From the IMG/VR virus record IMGVR_UViG_3300027795_000039, positions 32,001 to 96,000 of that record: a stretch of DNA of 64,000 nucleotides; one strand, given 5' to 3'. Made by a program: the position numbers and the translations under genes. Under the pieces are notes generated by a model that was not told the origin of the DNA, did no database searches, and worked only from the letters and a program-made list of their open reading frames with translations. This document shows, piece after piece, positions 45,301 to 56,200 of the stretch (the stretch's first letter is position 1; each line of letters opens with the position of its first letter). The stretch comes from a virus.

Positions 45301-48300
45301 GGTACATTTACCGGGTTAACCACAGCTGGTAGCTTACCAATTGGTGGATTCAGCTTCTCATATACACTATCATGGAGATCAGCAATTTCAGCTCCAGGAT
45401 AACCATCAACATCAAATTCGTATTTGGCATCTGACAAAAGATCAAGCGCCTTTGCACCGTCACCAGCTTGAAGCGCGGTTTTTATCGCGCCCAATACTTG
45501 GTCCGCGTGAGGATCACCGCTAAAAAGCGTCAAACCATCGATATCATTGATTTCATTACCGAAGTCTGGTGATCCGGCACCAGTTACAGCTGACACATCA
45601 GGTACCGGTTTACCAGCAGTCAGTGCATCTTGCAACAAGCTAACCTTATTGCTGTTAGCCAGGTCACCATCACCATTAAATGCATCAATGGCACCCTGAA
45701 GGTGTTCTTTGACATCATCGATATTGCCTGTATTCAACGCCAGGTATGCATCTGTTAGATGACCATTTGCTTGAATGTTTGAGGCGTTGTTATTTATATC
45801 TGCGATGGCATTTTGGTATGCATTAGTATCAATCGCAGGTGATTTCGCCGGTATAGCTGGTGAATTTTTCAGCTGGTTTTCAAAACTAATGGTGTGGTTA
45901 AGCAGATCGATGTCACCAGTCATCACTGCGTCACTCTTCACTTTATCAAGTGAAGCTGCTGCGACGGCTTCTTTACCATCAACCAAGTGTGCTGACGCTT
46001 CATTGAGATGAGCCGCTGCCACCGGATCTGTCGTCACCTGCGACAAACTTGCAAGGTTATCTGCAAGTGATTTACTCGGGTCCGGCTCCCAGTTCGCTAC
46101 ACTTTGGTCTACCAGGTGTGCTGCTGGTTTTACTTTTTTACCGAGAAGCGCATCATGAATCTGCTGGACTTTACTCGCATTCATGATATCATCTTTATTA
46201 CTACTAGCGTACAACACACTAGTCGCATCACTGAGGTGTTCTACCGCGTTAGTGGTATTCCCCGCACCAAGCGCATCGTATGCCAGCGTCAGGTGATCAT
46301 CTGCATCACTGCTCGCAATATGATCCTGCGTCTGGGATATAGCATCCATGTACGCATTAGTATTGATATCTGGCTTTAGCTTTACTTTTGGTTTTACTGG
46401 GTGAGCCACATCAGATGAGTGAAACGCCTCATTAGAAAGCTGGTACATCGCATGAGCGAGAGCCATGTCGTGCGTTCCATTACCAGCTTGAGTAAGAAGT
46501 TCTCCCGCCACATTATGATCACCACTTACCAATGATGCAGCGGCTGATGTCAGGTAATCTTTTACAGCTTCATCTGATGAAAGATCATGAATCGCAGCTA
46601 TCTTTTGTGGCAACGCGCTTTGAGCGAGAGCAGCGTCGATTGGTGAAACAGACGGTGCACTAGCTGGTTTTATCGCTTCACCAGCTGCTTCATCTGGTTC
46701 TCCCAGCAGGTCCTTCTCCCACTGTGCCATGTAAGCATCTGGTTTTACTTTACCAGCCTCAAGTGAAGTGCCGATTGTCATCGCTTGCGAGGCGACATCG
46801 TGCTCACCTTGCGCGTTCAATGCGACAGCGGCTGCGGCAAGTTTAGTGCTCGCTTTATCATAGTCACCGGTGTTAACCGCCGCATACGCGTTTGTTAGAT
46901 GCTCGTGAGCTGTCCAGTTTTCCAGTGGTGGAACCTGACCAGTCAACTGCTCAATCGCGTCTTTATACGCTTTATCGTTAACAGATGATTCACCGGGAAT
47001 GTAACCGTAGGTATCTTTGAAGTCTTCTGGACTTACATCTGATGGCAGTTTACCAGTTTCCTGGTAGTATTCCTCACTGGTCATCAATCCTTTATCCCAC
47101 AGGTAATCTGGGCTGTTTTTATCAACTGCCACTGGTTCAACAGGCTTGGCAGCGAGTTTGTCCTTCAGCGCCTGCAGTGCCTCTTCAGAGGCGATCTGGT
47201 CTTTTGTTTTACCAGCTGGTGCACTTACCGCAGGTGCGTTCAACGGCTTCGGTGCGTCTGATAGTGCCAGACCAGTATCATGAATATGCGTCTGAAGCAA
47301 CTTATTTGGTTTAAAGAACAGATTTGCTGCTTCTTCAGCTTTCGTCAGCTCAACACCAGCGGTAACATGATCACCAGCAGCGAGTGCTGTTTTTGCCTTT
47401 TCAAGGTGATCAGCAGCTTCATCGCTGGCATCTGGCTCTTTAGCACGATCATTCAATACTGATACGTTGTGATATAGTACAGCTGATTTTGCTGCGTCAG
47501 CTCGATTTGCGAATGTACCACCAAGCTTTACTTTCTTACCATCCGCACCGTGGTGCGTCATCGAGTAGGTACCATCCGCGTTCTTCCGCAGCGCACCGAT
47601 CTGGGTACCATCACCAGCGAGTACCTTGCCATTTTTCGTGTTAAAAACAGCCTCGCTGTATTGCGGTCCACACGGTGGTCTTACGCAGATGTAACCGTGT
47701 ATGTACCCTTCTTTGCCAACCTTTATCAGATGGGCAAGGCGGATGATGATCTTACCGGCCGCGTTTTTCCTAGCAAATGATACTGGTTCCCAGTTACCAG
47801 GAGCATCATCATCCCGGTTGTCTTCCTCTTCCGGTTCCTCGTCATTTTCTTGCTGTCCAACCAGATCATACGGCACCAAACCACTAACCGCACCAGAACC
47901 AGCAACCGCACCAGCGGTAATGTTCTTGGTAACGAATTCCCAGACCGTCGGCAGCTTCACAACATCATCTGGAGATAGCTCAGGTACTGGCTTCAGTATA
48001 TCATACATCACGGCGGCACTGCCAGTCGAGTGACCAGAAATTTTTATAAATTTATTCGCGGAAGCCTGGCCATTGCTAATCTGATAATCATGTGTCTGGA
48101 ACCACGGTGAATTCTCATTATCTGATGGCACGAAACCGACATATGCTTTAACAGGGCGGTTTTCTTTCCGGTACGCTAGTGCACGATGATGACCGTCCAC
48201 GATCTTCAGCCGATCATCACCTGGTACCTGCACCCCCACCACGGGGTGAACATCATTGTCAGCGCTACGGATTCGCTTCCGGAATTCCTTAACCCGCTTA

Positions 48301-48584
48301 CCCTGGTGACTCGCTGCCCACGAGTTCACATCATCCCAGTCAACTCGGTCCAGTGGAATCTCAACTGGACCAATCCACGGGATGGTGCGCACCCAGTTAA
48401 TACTATTGGGTGGGTAATTTGCGAGTAGCTGCTGGTAAACGTGCTCGGCCTCGACCGGATTCGGGTCGTGGAGGTTGGCAGCGTTTTTATGCAGTTCATT
48501 ACCGTTGAAGGAACCATAATCAAACGATACCGCGGCATCGTGATGCCAGTTTCCAAGAACACGTGATACATCAAGAGTTGTCAC
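42303..48584 (-). CDS. Giant polyprotein: ParB-like domain, tag, helical repeats and C-terminal ART
   Basis: GAGGA site before GTG 48584; IVDGHHR; LHRA...RPLSSWS...STPRTGNGCLKEREWVV. Confidence 0.82.
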   Translation of the reverse strand: MTTLDVSRVLGNWHHDAAVSFDYGSFNGNELHKNAANLHDPNPVEAEHVYQQLLANYPPNSINWVRTIPWIGPVEIPLDRVDWDDVNSWAASHQGKRVKEFRKRIRSADNDVHPVVGVQVPGDDRLKIVDGHHRALAYRKENRPVKAYVGFVPSDNENSPWFQTHDYQISNGQASANKFIKISGHSTGSAAVMYDILKPVPELSPDDVVKLPTVWEFVTKNITAGAVAGSGAVSGLVPYDLVGQQENDEEPEEEDNRDDDAPGNWEPVSFARKNAAGKIIIRLAHLIKVGKEGYIHGYICVRPPCGPQYSEAVFNTKNGKVLAGDGTQIGALRKNADGTYSMTHHGADGKKVKLGGTFANRADAAKSAVLYHNVSVLNDRAKEPDASDEAADHLEKAKTALAAGDHVTAGVELTKAEEAANLFFKPNKLLQTHIHDTGLALSDAPKPLNAPAVSAPAGKTKDQIASEEALQALKDKLAAKPVEPVAVDKNSPDYLWDKGLMTSEEYYQETGKLPSDVSPEDFKDTYGYIPGESSVNDKAYKDAIEQLTGQVPPLENWTAHEHLTNAYAAVNTGDYDKASTKLAAAAVALNAQGEHDVASQAMTIGTSLEAGKVKPDAYMAQWEKDLLGEPDEAAGEAIKPASAPSVSPIDAALAQSALPQKIAAIHDLSSDEAVKDYLTSAAASLVSGDHNVAGELLTQAGNGTHDMALAHAMYQLSNEAFHSSDVAHPVKPKVKLKPDINTNAYMDAISQTQDHIASSDADDHLTLAYDALGAGNTTNAVEHLSDATSVLYASSNKDDIMNASKVQQIHDALLGKKVKPAAHLVDQSVANWEPDPSKSLADNLASLSQVTTDPVAAAHLNEASAHLVDGKEAVAAASLDKVKSDAVMTGDIDLLNHTISFENQLKNSPAIPAKSPAIDTNAYQNAIADINNNASNIQANGHLTDAYLALNTGNIDDVKEHLQGAIDAFNGDGDLANSNKVSLLQDALTAGKPVPDVSAVTGAGSPDFGNEINDIDGLTLFSGDPHADQVLGAIKTALQAGDGAKALDLLSDAKYEFDVDGYPGAEIADLHDSVYEKLNPPIGKLPAVVNPVNVPKLKKLKAADLSSVKNDISAAQNSFMPGSGSYNKLDVISAKLSDGDTQGALDSLHELSDSLDDYGSSDEAEAVKAIHAKISAAAGLGSASKVPKLKQADVEAIHLAIVKAQNDFAAHTSNDKLLESAKSKLVAGDSHGALSDLQSVIDNADTYDESTLSKLQIAHDKLSTAAGLTKAPKKPKNLKSADAKAVYDSITAAQNNPDLAFGLVGQTILNNAKAKVLANDTPGALSHLQEIIDATDDDKKIAAMQAIHNKLSVAAGLKKVPKKLKSADVESAQASIATAKASLPFLADEKDTLDAVSSQLTDGNTQGALDSLHGILDDLHDILDQYVTDGVNTNTTDKQINAIQAIHDKISVAAGLKKASEVKPETPYTVQLAHGLASQIADATKNAESLIPGSSGMVASLRDSDAVAAQLKAGKAADVIRSARKLDISLADASKYAYGDTKNKITAARAGLKKSLAALEKQHDKDLSFESFGDRAAKLRADLENTHIASYYKAQYKGMLSQAAKLHDEGNVSEAESRLRNLAKVMNGKYAGDDSKSFSPDVKKLADSIKVKPAAAEKLTAEEAPGQFTSARVGDIGSSIAEGYMATGNKVTGKSVDTSDAGKYKNNAAHLIADEMSSVSTQDMAKMAGGNNDNSRLPNSLVNSIAKEGISAVSVHHSADVFNEPGNYFSANANKSRPIVEDLLNRLQNKNTVPADVRQDLAKPETQELLAASGLPLSQRQVLAAIGSSKGIVTSSYGSVGYKPFSTYSNTPSEKLKVADEADVARKLLSAYLADLAPDKNEPFTAEDERHLRAELVSSAIEVWKQTSNDSHLGALGVQRAAADEFGLPSAKKWAAETGDLQTQVDKYYNDNQAALREFVRAQYNVTQRELKKAGITSVTLHRAMGFDANNEIPNWLKTNLDPSGSHFNPKLKPAGSTADVAESDWRPLSSWSHASGEAGKFYGYGSSGVQVAASVPANLIMSTPRTGNGCLKEREWVVMAAPGQVKIEKSKG

Positions 48585-49329
48585 GTGGCACTTCCTCAAC
48601 CGTGATAACACGCAGATTAGGATAATCGTGGTGGTTTTCATTGGAGACCACGGTAAACTTACCGGATGGTGCCACGTACTCCGACTGGTATGCGTACTTC
48701 GGGTCACCATACCAGCTAACCGGGAGTGCGTGAATTCCAGTGATATTCCTGAGCATGACGTTACTGAGATCGCTTGAACCGGTTGGATCACTTAGCTCAC
48801 TTGACTGAGAAAACAGGTGAGCGACGCGCTCATCACTCGACCATGAAGCACTGTTATCAGTCGTAATTGTATCACCTGGTCTCAAGTTTTTCACCTGGTC
48901 AATCACGGCTTTTCGTTCGTCATAATCAGAATCACCGTTGCTCGTGTGAATACCGCGGTACAACGGTTTTTTCGTCACGTATGGCGAGCGCTTAACCACG
49001 TGCTCAACATTCAACAAATCCTGGTCACCAACAGCACTACCAGCGTATTGAGTGCGTTTCATGATTCCACGTTTAACACTGGTTTCATCTGGATCATCAT
49101 CGCGCAGTTTATCGAGATGTGAGATACGACTTGCGATGTCAGTCGCTTTTTTATCATCAAAACCATGACGTGTGACTGGAACAGCATCACCCGGACCAAC
49201 ATTGATCCATCCGTGGATATACCCTTCAGGACCTACCTTTACCAGCTCACCGACTGAAACAGACACGCGAAAACCGGCCACGGCTCGCGGGATTCTGATA
49301 TCTCGTACCGCAACAGCCATGGCCGGCAC
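48571..49329 (-). CDS. Tagged ADP-ribosyltransferase
   Basis: LVKVGPEGYIHGWINV; LYRG...SWSS...QSEY. Confidence 0.75.
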   Translation of the reverse strand: MPAMAVAVRDIRIPRAVAGFRVSVSVGELVKVGPEGYIHGWINVGPGDAVPVTRHGFDDKKATDIASRISHLDKLRDDDPDETSVKRGIMKRTQYAGSAVGDQDLLNVEHVVKRSPYVTKKPLYRGIHTSNGDSDYDERKAVIDQVKNLRPGDTITTDNSASWSSDERVAHLFSQSSELSDPTGSSDLSNVMLRNITGIHALPVSWYGDPKYAYQSEYVAPSGKFTVVSNENHHDYPNLRVITVEEVPRDNS

Positions 49330-49390
49330 CCTACCTTTTATCCAGTTTTCGGGTTACTCGCGCGTTAAAGTGCTAAGCGGTAAAACGATA

Positions 49391-49915
49391 TCACGTAGTT
49401 GGTGGCTGGTCCTCAGCCGTTCCCTCGGTGATAACGAGACCAGTTGCAGCCGATGATACGACGGTAAGCGCGTCCGTGGCCGTTAGCGCGGGGGTCGTCG
49501 TCGCATCCGTGACGGTGATCGTCGCGATGCCATCAGTTCCTGCCACACACAGGCAGGAGAGCCCATCAGCTGATGGGGTAATCGTGATTACCGCTGTGTT
49601 ATCCACGGACCAGGTGAGAGTGTCACCAGTAACGGGCTGGCCCTTTGAGTCCTGCTCGGCGACGGTAAGAGTTACCTGCTGAAGGTCGGTGAGCTGCACG
49701 GTATTCCCCTTCGTGATGGTTGGCATGCCCGGACCATCCGGTGCAGCCTGGGTGTAAGTGGTTGAATCATGAGCGAGAGTGAGGATAGCGGGGCCTTCTA
49801 GCCACCGGTAAAACACAGTCGCAGCGTTGGTGATGTCACTCGCGTTAAGCAAGTTTTGTGGAACCGTGGCTTGCACGGCGAGTTCCAGCGCCAGCGCGCG
49901 GTTTTCGGCGGTCAC
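49391..49915 (-). CDS. Protein with an Ig-like domain
   Basis: DSKGQPV...LTWSVDNTAVITI...GIATITVT. Confidence 0.65.
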   Translation of the reverse strand: MTAENRALALELAVQATVPQNLLNASDITNAATVFYRWLEGPAILTLAHDSTTYTQAAPDGPGMPTITKGNTVQLTDLQQVTLTVAEQDSKGQPVTGDTLTWSVDNTAVITITPSADGLSCLCVAGTDGIATITVTDATTTPALTATDALTVVSSAATGLVITEGTAEDQPPTT

Positions 49916-49994
49916 TGACTTATCGTCACCTTTCCTACCTTGCCACCTTGCCCTGGCATGTTATTATTTTATCGTATTCACAGCGATAAAAACA

Positions 49995-50225
49995 CTACTG
50001 AGAACGTGCATCATATTCAGCTGATGCCTCTCGAATAGCTGCTTCATTATCAGGCCGTATTATCGCGTTACTAAATATTCCACTCGGCTCATCCCAGTAA
50101 CCACGTGCCAGGATAGACGTGACTGGCAGGATTGTTGAGCCATCTGGTCCTCGCAGCATTCCACAGCTGAGATCATTATCACCGATGAGCTGGGCACCAT
50201 CATCTCTTACCGCGAGAATTTTCAT
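49995..50225 (-). CDS. Small hypothetical protein
   Basis: Begins 3 nt after the stop of the giant effector gene. Confidence 0.6.
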   Translation of the reverse strand: MKILAVRDDGAQLIGDNDLSCGMLRGPDGSTILPVTSILARGYWDEPSGIFSNAIIRPDNEAAIREASAEYDARSQ

Positions 50226-50228
50226 TAT

Positions 50229-53200
50229 TTATGTACCACTCGCTTTGAATCCACCGAGTTGATCGTAATTAGGCATATTTGGCTTTACTACTTCGGAACC
50301 AGCTACTTGTACCGGTGTCTCACGTGATTTTACACCAGCTTTTTGCAATGCTGCCAAACCTTTTTCTAGCCGCAATTGCACCGTTGTCATTTTTTGAAGA
50401 TCTTTTTTATCTTGATCCTCCACGTACGCACCTCCACCACCTGTGTACGTGGCAACACTGATGTGAAATTCTGCGATTTTATCATTTGTGTGCGCCAGAT
50501 CTTCCTGCGTTACTTCCAGCGCGCGTGATTTCTCTTCTGATGTCGCGGCCGGATCTTTAGCGATGGTTATGGCATTCCAGACCTTCCATGGAATACCGCG
50601 TTTAGTTAGCTTATCGGTAAGAGATTGTGGCGGTTTTTTATCAAACAACACGTGGTCAATGTCATCAGGCGTAAGTGGTCGTGCCTTACCATCTGATGAG
50701 TGAACCTGCACTTCATTGTACGCATGCTGACGGAAGTTGGGACTAGTGTAATCACGATTCATACCACGTAGTCCACGTGCTTGCATGATGCCATGTTTGT
50801 AGGTAGATTTTCCTGGCTCAATGATACTCGGTGTACCTTTATCATATGCAGCGAATGACCGCGTATCCGGATCCAGCATCCGCGATGGCATGCTGGCTTC
50901 ACTGTTGTTCAGCGAGTCACCAACGTTGAATGTCGCATGTTGCTTAACCGCGTCCTTCAGCACCACCTGCGTGGTACCAAATGAAGAAAGCTGGTCGGTG
51001 TTAAAGCCAAACCAATCGTTTACACCAACGCCAGCTGGCCGATCCACCCCATCAGTCACGTAGCCATACACCGGACGAAGAGATGGGTCCATGTTTTCCG
51101 GGTAACCAAACCACGTCCTCTCAAACACCGCACGGGTGTGATTGGACTTAAGTGCCTGTGATTTATTTGTCTCAAACTGCGTTTTGAACGCGTTGTCATC
51201 GAGGATGTGCTCAAGGCCAGGGTTGGTAACGCGAGTGGCAATATGATGAGATGCGATACCGCGTAGCTCTTCACGCATCTTCTCATCCGCGGCTTCAGGC
51301 GTAAGGCCGGCCTCAGCTGCAACGGTCGCGCGCTGCTCCTCATTTGATGCAAGCAACGCGGCCTTTTGTCGTACACTCATGTTGGCATCAAAGTCATTTT
51401 CATCGATACCGCTCTCGCGTAGCACATCAGGGATGGTTCGCGGTGCGTAACCAAGGTCACCTGGGTTCATCGAGAGGTTGCCATCGCGGATCGCGCCAGC
51501 TTGGTACTTCAGATAATACGCGCGTTCCCTATCCGCTGGATCCGCGCTCTTATCGAGCGTGTTTGCTTCATGATCCAGCCGATTGGCCTCGTTTACCAAC
51601 TCGACAGCCTCGTGTGGCGGATCAGCGCTGATGGGGGCAACAGATTTTACTGCTGGTTCAACTGGTTTTATTATCTCAGAGCCAGGAACCTGCACTGGCT
51701 TAATCTCATTCGTTTCTTCTGGCGTAAGAGCCCGAAGTGTTATATGACGAGTTGGCACACGACCAACGAGCGGCACGTGCTGGTCACGCAATTCATCTTT
51801 CTCGATGACGTATTGCTGTCCACGTGGAATCGTGTATTCGCCTTCATCTTCATCTTCAGGAAGATTACCTGTTACACTTCTTGCATCGAGAGCCTTCGTG
51901 CCGGCTGGCATAAGAATATGAAGCATTGCATGATCAGAACTTACTTCACCACTACGCCCGAAACCTGCTGCAACCTCATCAAAAGCAGAAGCTGAATTAT
52001 AACCTGAATCAGAATACACCTTACCGGTGTGACTGTCAACATCCCCGAAGAAGCTGTTAGCGTTAGCGATGCCGCGACTTAGTTGAACATCCTTTGGAAA
52101 TGCAGGAGTTTTACTAAACGCAGAATCTATCAAACTAATTTTCGTTCGCGCATCTTGAGCGGTAGGACCTTGTGTTATTGCTGAATTACGTAGGTAACTA
52201 TTTACTTGCTTGTATCCATTTAGGTAAAAATCATCGAGATTATTTTTTTCAGCTGGTGTCAAGTTTTTTGCGCGGCCATATGTTGCATCTTGAAGAGCAT
52301 CACCGGTTATCGCATCTTGTAGTCGTTTATCGACTGAAACTGATGCATCTGGTTTTGATGCCTTTGAATCAGGAACCTGCACTGAATTACCAGCACGTGA
52401 TATGACTCGCGCTTGAACGTGCAGTTGCCCATCATCATCTTTGTGAACACCGGTAACCGTGTATTTAGTTCCACGATCCAAGACCAGTTCACCCGCACCA
52501 CCGTGACCAGGCAATGCATGAGTACCAGCCGGTACGTTCATGCTCAAAACAGCATTGTTTTTACCAGCTTGACCTGGCACCAAACCTTGCTGTTTCGCCC
52601 AGTCCTCAGCCCACTGTTTACTAGCTGAGGTTGACATGTACCCTGGATCAATTACCTCATCACCGACACGTGGTTCTTTACCCGGCTCAACAGTAATAGC
52701 ACGGTGTACCATCGCATCGTATGATGTTGTACTCTTCGCCATGGCACCATCGAGGTTATCCATGATGTCTTGGGCGGCATCACTTCTCGGTGCACCATTA
52801 CGCAGACTCGCATTCAACCTGCGTGCGGTGTTCGGCAGCGTATACTGACTGCGTGCCCATTCCTCATCAGAAGTAAGCGGTGAGCTCAGCGTGGTTTTTA
52901 CTGGTTCAACGAGTGACGGTTCAATTTCACCAGTTAGCGCGGTATCGCTTGGCTTCGGCTCAACCGCGTTTTCACCACTCAGCCCCGTTCGGATGTGGTC
53001 TGCATGAGATGCCAGCCCATCATCACCACCTGCTCGCGCGACATTCGCCGCATCTCGGAGTGATGACGTCGCACCATCCACATCGCCAGCTGCCAACGCG
53101 TCGCGGGCACTCGCTACCGCATCTCTCGCCTCACCAGGCTGCATCTCACCGTGCATCGCGCTCAGGTCATGGTACGGTACCACGGTCATCGCAGCTTCGC

Positions 53201-56200
53201 CACGGTTCGCGTACGTGCCACCGAGCCTGGTCTTGGTACCGTCTGCCGCGAGGTGTGTGACTGAGAACGTGCCGTCCTTGTTCTTGTAGAGCTTACCGAT
53301 GCGGGTGTCACCGTGGATGACCGCGCCGGCCTTGCTGTCGAACTTGGCTTCCGTGTACTGTGGACCGCATGGCGGACGAACGCAGATGTAACCGTGTATG
53401 TAGCCTTCTTTACCAACCTTCAACAAAGTGGCTTTGGTATCAAACTCTTTAACTGTCTTATCACTCAAACGAACTGAAGTCTCACCGGGTTTCAACGGCA
53501 GGACGACAGCTTCTGATTCCTGGTATGTACCGAAGCCAGTTGGTGGCAGTGAGAAGATTCGCTCGGCTGGGATGCTCTCATGCCGGTTTCCGCCGGTATT
53601 GCTCTCACGCGTCCAGCCGGACATGGTTGACCATGATGTCCACGGGCGTGTTTTATCCCATTCTTCACCACGTGAGGCACGGTATGCTTCTACGTTTTTA
53701 ATACCGTTATTTTTCAACCACTCCTGCGTTGTGGCGTACATCGCATCGCCGATGGCGTGAGCGGCACGCTGAACTGCAGGACGAGCGGCAATGTAATCAT
53801 TAGTTCGAGTTTCGTCATCAGTGAGCTGGTACGATCTTCCTAGCCGACTTGCGACATGTGAGATCATCGCTACCTGCGCTGGTCCACCACTTGAACCACG
53901 CCAGCTGTTAAGGTACCCATCAACAACAGCTCGTTTTAGCTCATCACCAGACAGGTTATCAACATCATGCCGGCCGTCCTCAGCTGCCAACGCGTGAAGA
54001 TCCTCATCTGAGGCGTTCAAATGAGCGGCTACATCCGCAGCAGTTTGCTGGTACGACTTAGCAAATTCTCTGGTGTCATTTGACACGGAGAAGTCATTTT
54101 TATCAAGGCGTGTAAGTGATTCCGGTTGACCGCTGTTGTAACGAGCAATTCGAGATGTATTTACAATCATCCGGTTAATACGATCCGCATCACTATCCAA
54201 CCTGTCACGCGTCAAACTGTCACGCGCTGCAGCAAGCTGTGTCATCATGTCATCATAATGACCAGCTTCACCGTGTTTGATGGCGTCATCGATGAGTGGT
54301 ACGGCTTCATAGCCTTGTGCTGGGCCGTAGTCATCCGCGGGAATGGAGGTAACGGGGTTAGTCTTAAGCCGTGAGATAACGTCACGCGCTGGACCAGCTA
54401 TGTCTTTACCAGAAATTTTACCGGCATCAAATTTATCGTCGATGTTACCAGGTCCGACTTTAATCCACCCGTGGATGTAACCCTCAGGGCCTACTTTGGT
54501 TACACTTGGTTCCACTGCAGTGTCGTGAGAGCCTGTGGGTGTGGCTTTGTCCTCGGATATGACCGAGGCTATTCGCTTCTGGTTCCTGCCATCAGCTTGC
54601 TTTTCAGCGAGTGGTGTATCTGATAGCCGCTGGATAGACACGATACCAGTACCGGGTGCTGGCGCGATAACCACCATCTCACTTTCACGCACCATGCCAA
54701 AACCTGATCTCGGATATGACAAGATCTGGCTTACTGGTACAGTAGCGCTCATGATGACGGCGACAGAAGAGTCAGTGTGATCACTTCCGGCGAACTGGTT
54801 CGCATAAGCAACACTAGTTGACCACGATGACAAAGGTGCGAATTGCGGAGACTTAACGGTTCTTTGTTCTTTAACACTGCTATCACTTGCCCAAGCTGGT
54901 GGCACCATCCAATGAAAACCACGATGAAGCACTACATGAGTGATCCCTTTTTTAGCGAAATCAGCTTGAGTTAGCTCATGCTGCGCCCGCAGAAATGACT
55001 GCCATGTACCAAGTGAGCCCTGGTCTTCGACGGTAATTGGCTTTGACGACAGCGCGGAATTGCCGAGGCTGAATTCACGGCGCGCAGCTTCCTGTACCAC
55101 ATCACGTTTAGATGCCAATGACCAGCTAAAAAGCATCTGGAACAGGCTTTCTTGCCTGATCGCGCTGTCCATGCCACCATCAGCAGCTGAGTGCCATTCT
55201 TTAACTACTGTGTACTTTCCCCGTGGTGAATGACTTTCTGTTTTACGCTGGTCAGCTGGCTTTCCACGTGCGATTGTTACATGGCCATACTTTTTATCTA
55301 CCCAGTAACTGTATTCATCTGGGTTAGCAATCGCTTCATTATAGCGGTCTGCCGGCAAATTTGCGGCGCTAAGCAAATTCTCGGTAGAACTTGGCACCTT
55401 GTTAACGAGACGCTTAGCCGCGCGTCGTGTCATCGGATCAGAGTCGTAAACGTCGCTGTCCTTTAGGCTGATCATGCCTCCAGCCGTGACATCTGTTTTA
55501 TGCGGGTCATTGTAAGCGCCACTTAGCCTACCACTTAGTATTCGCGTTACACCACTAAAAGACGCGGACATCGTACCATCATCTGATGAGCTGGTAATAA
55601 TGCCACTACCAAGTATCGGATGGCTAACCTCATCACCGACTTTTCCACATGGAGGCCTTACACACACCCAGCCGTGGATGTAGCCTTCCTTGCCTACCTT
55701 TGCCAGGTCCGGCCGGACAGTGCTGTCGAGAGAGTCATCCCGCGGAGCTTCGTCCTCGGGTACCTGTTTCCGTACCTGCTTCTGGCTCTTTCCACCGGCT
55801 GGTTTCGCACCAACGGTGCTCGGTGGCACACCTCGCTTGCCACCTGGGCTGCTTTCCGGTGACTGCGGTTGTGGCTGGCTCGCTGGCCAGTAACCGTCCA
55901 TCGCCTGCGGCCCGGTGGGGAATGCCGCGTGAGGACGTTCCGACCTGACACGTCCCGCGTCTGGGTACATGCCGTCGTCGCCATCATCAGGCGCGGTCAT
56001 GATACGTGGCTGTGGTGACGAGCCATCCCAGCGTGGTGGTTCTGCACCAGCGGTGAAACCGGGAACACCGCCAGGTACCGGTGGCATTTGCATGGCACCG
56101 CCGCCTGCAGCTGGTGGCGCCTGGTCCTGGATGTCTTGCCAGGTTTCCTGACCATTCAGGTCTACCTGACGGCGAAGTTGCTTCGAGACAGCCGAGGTAT

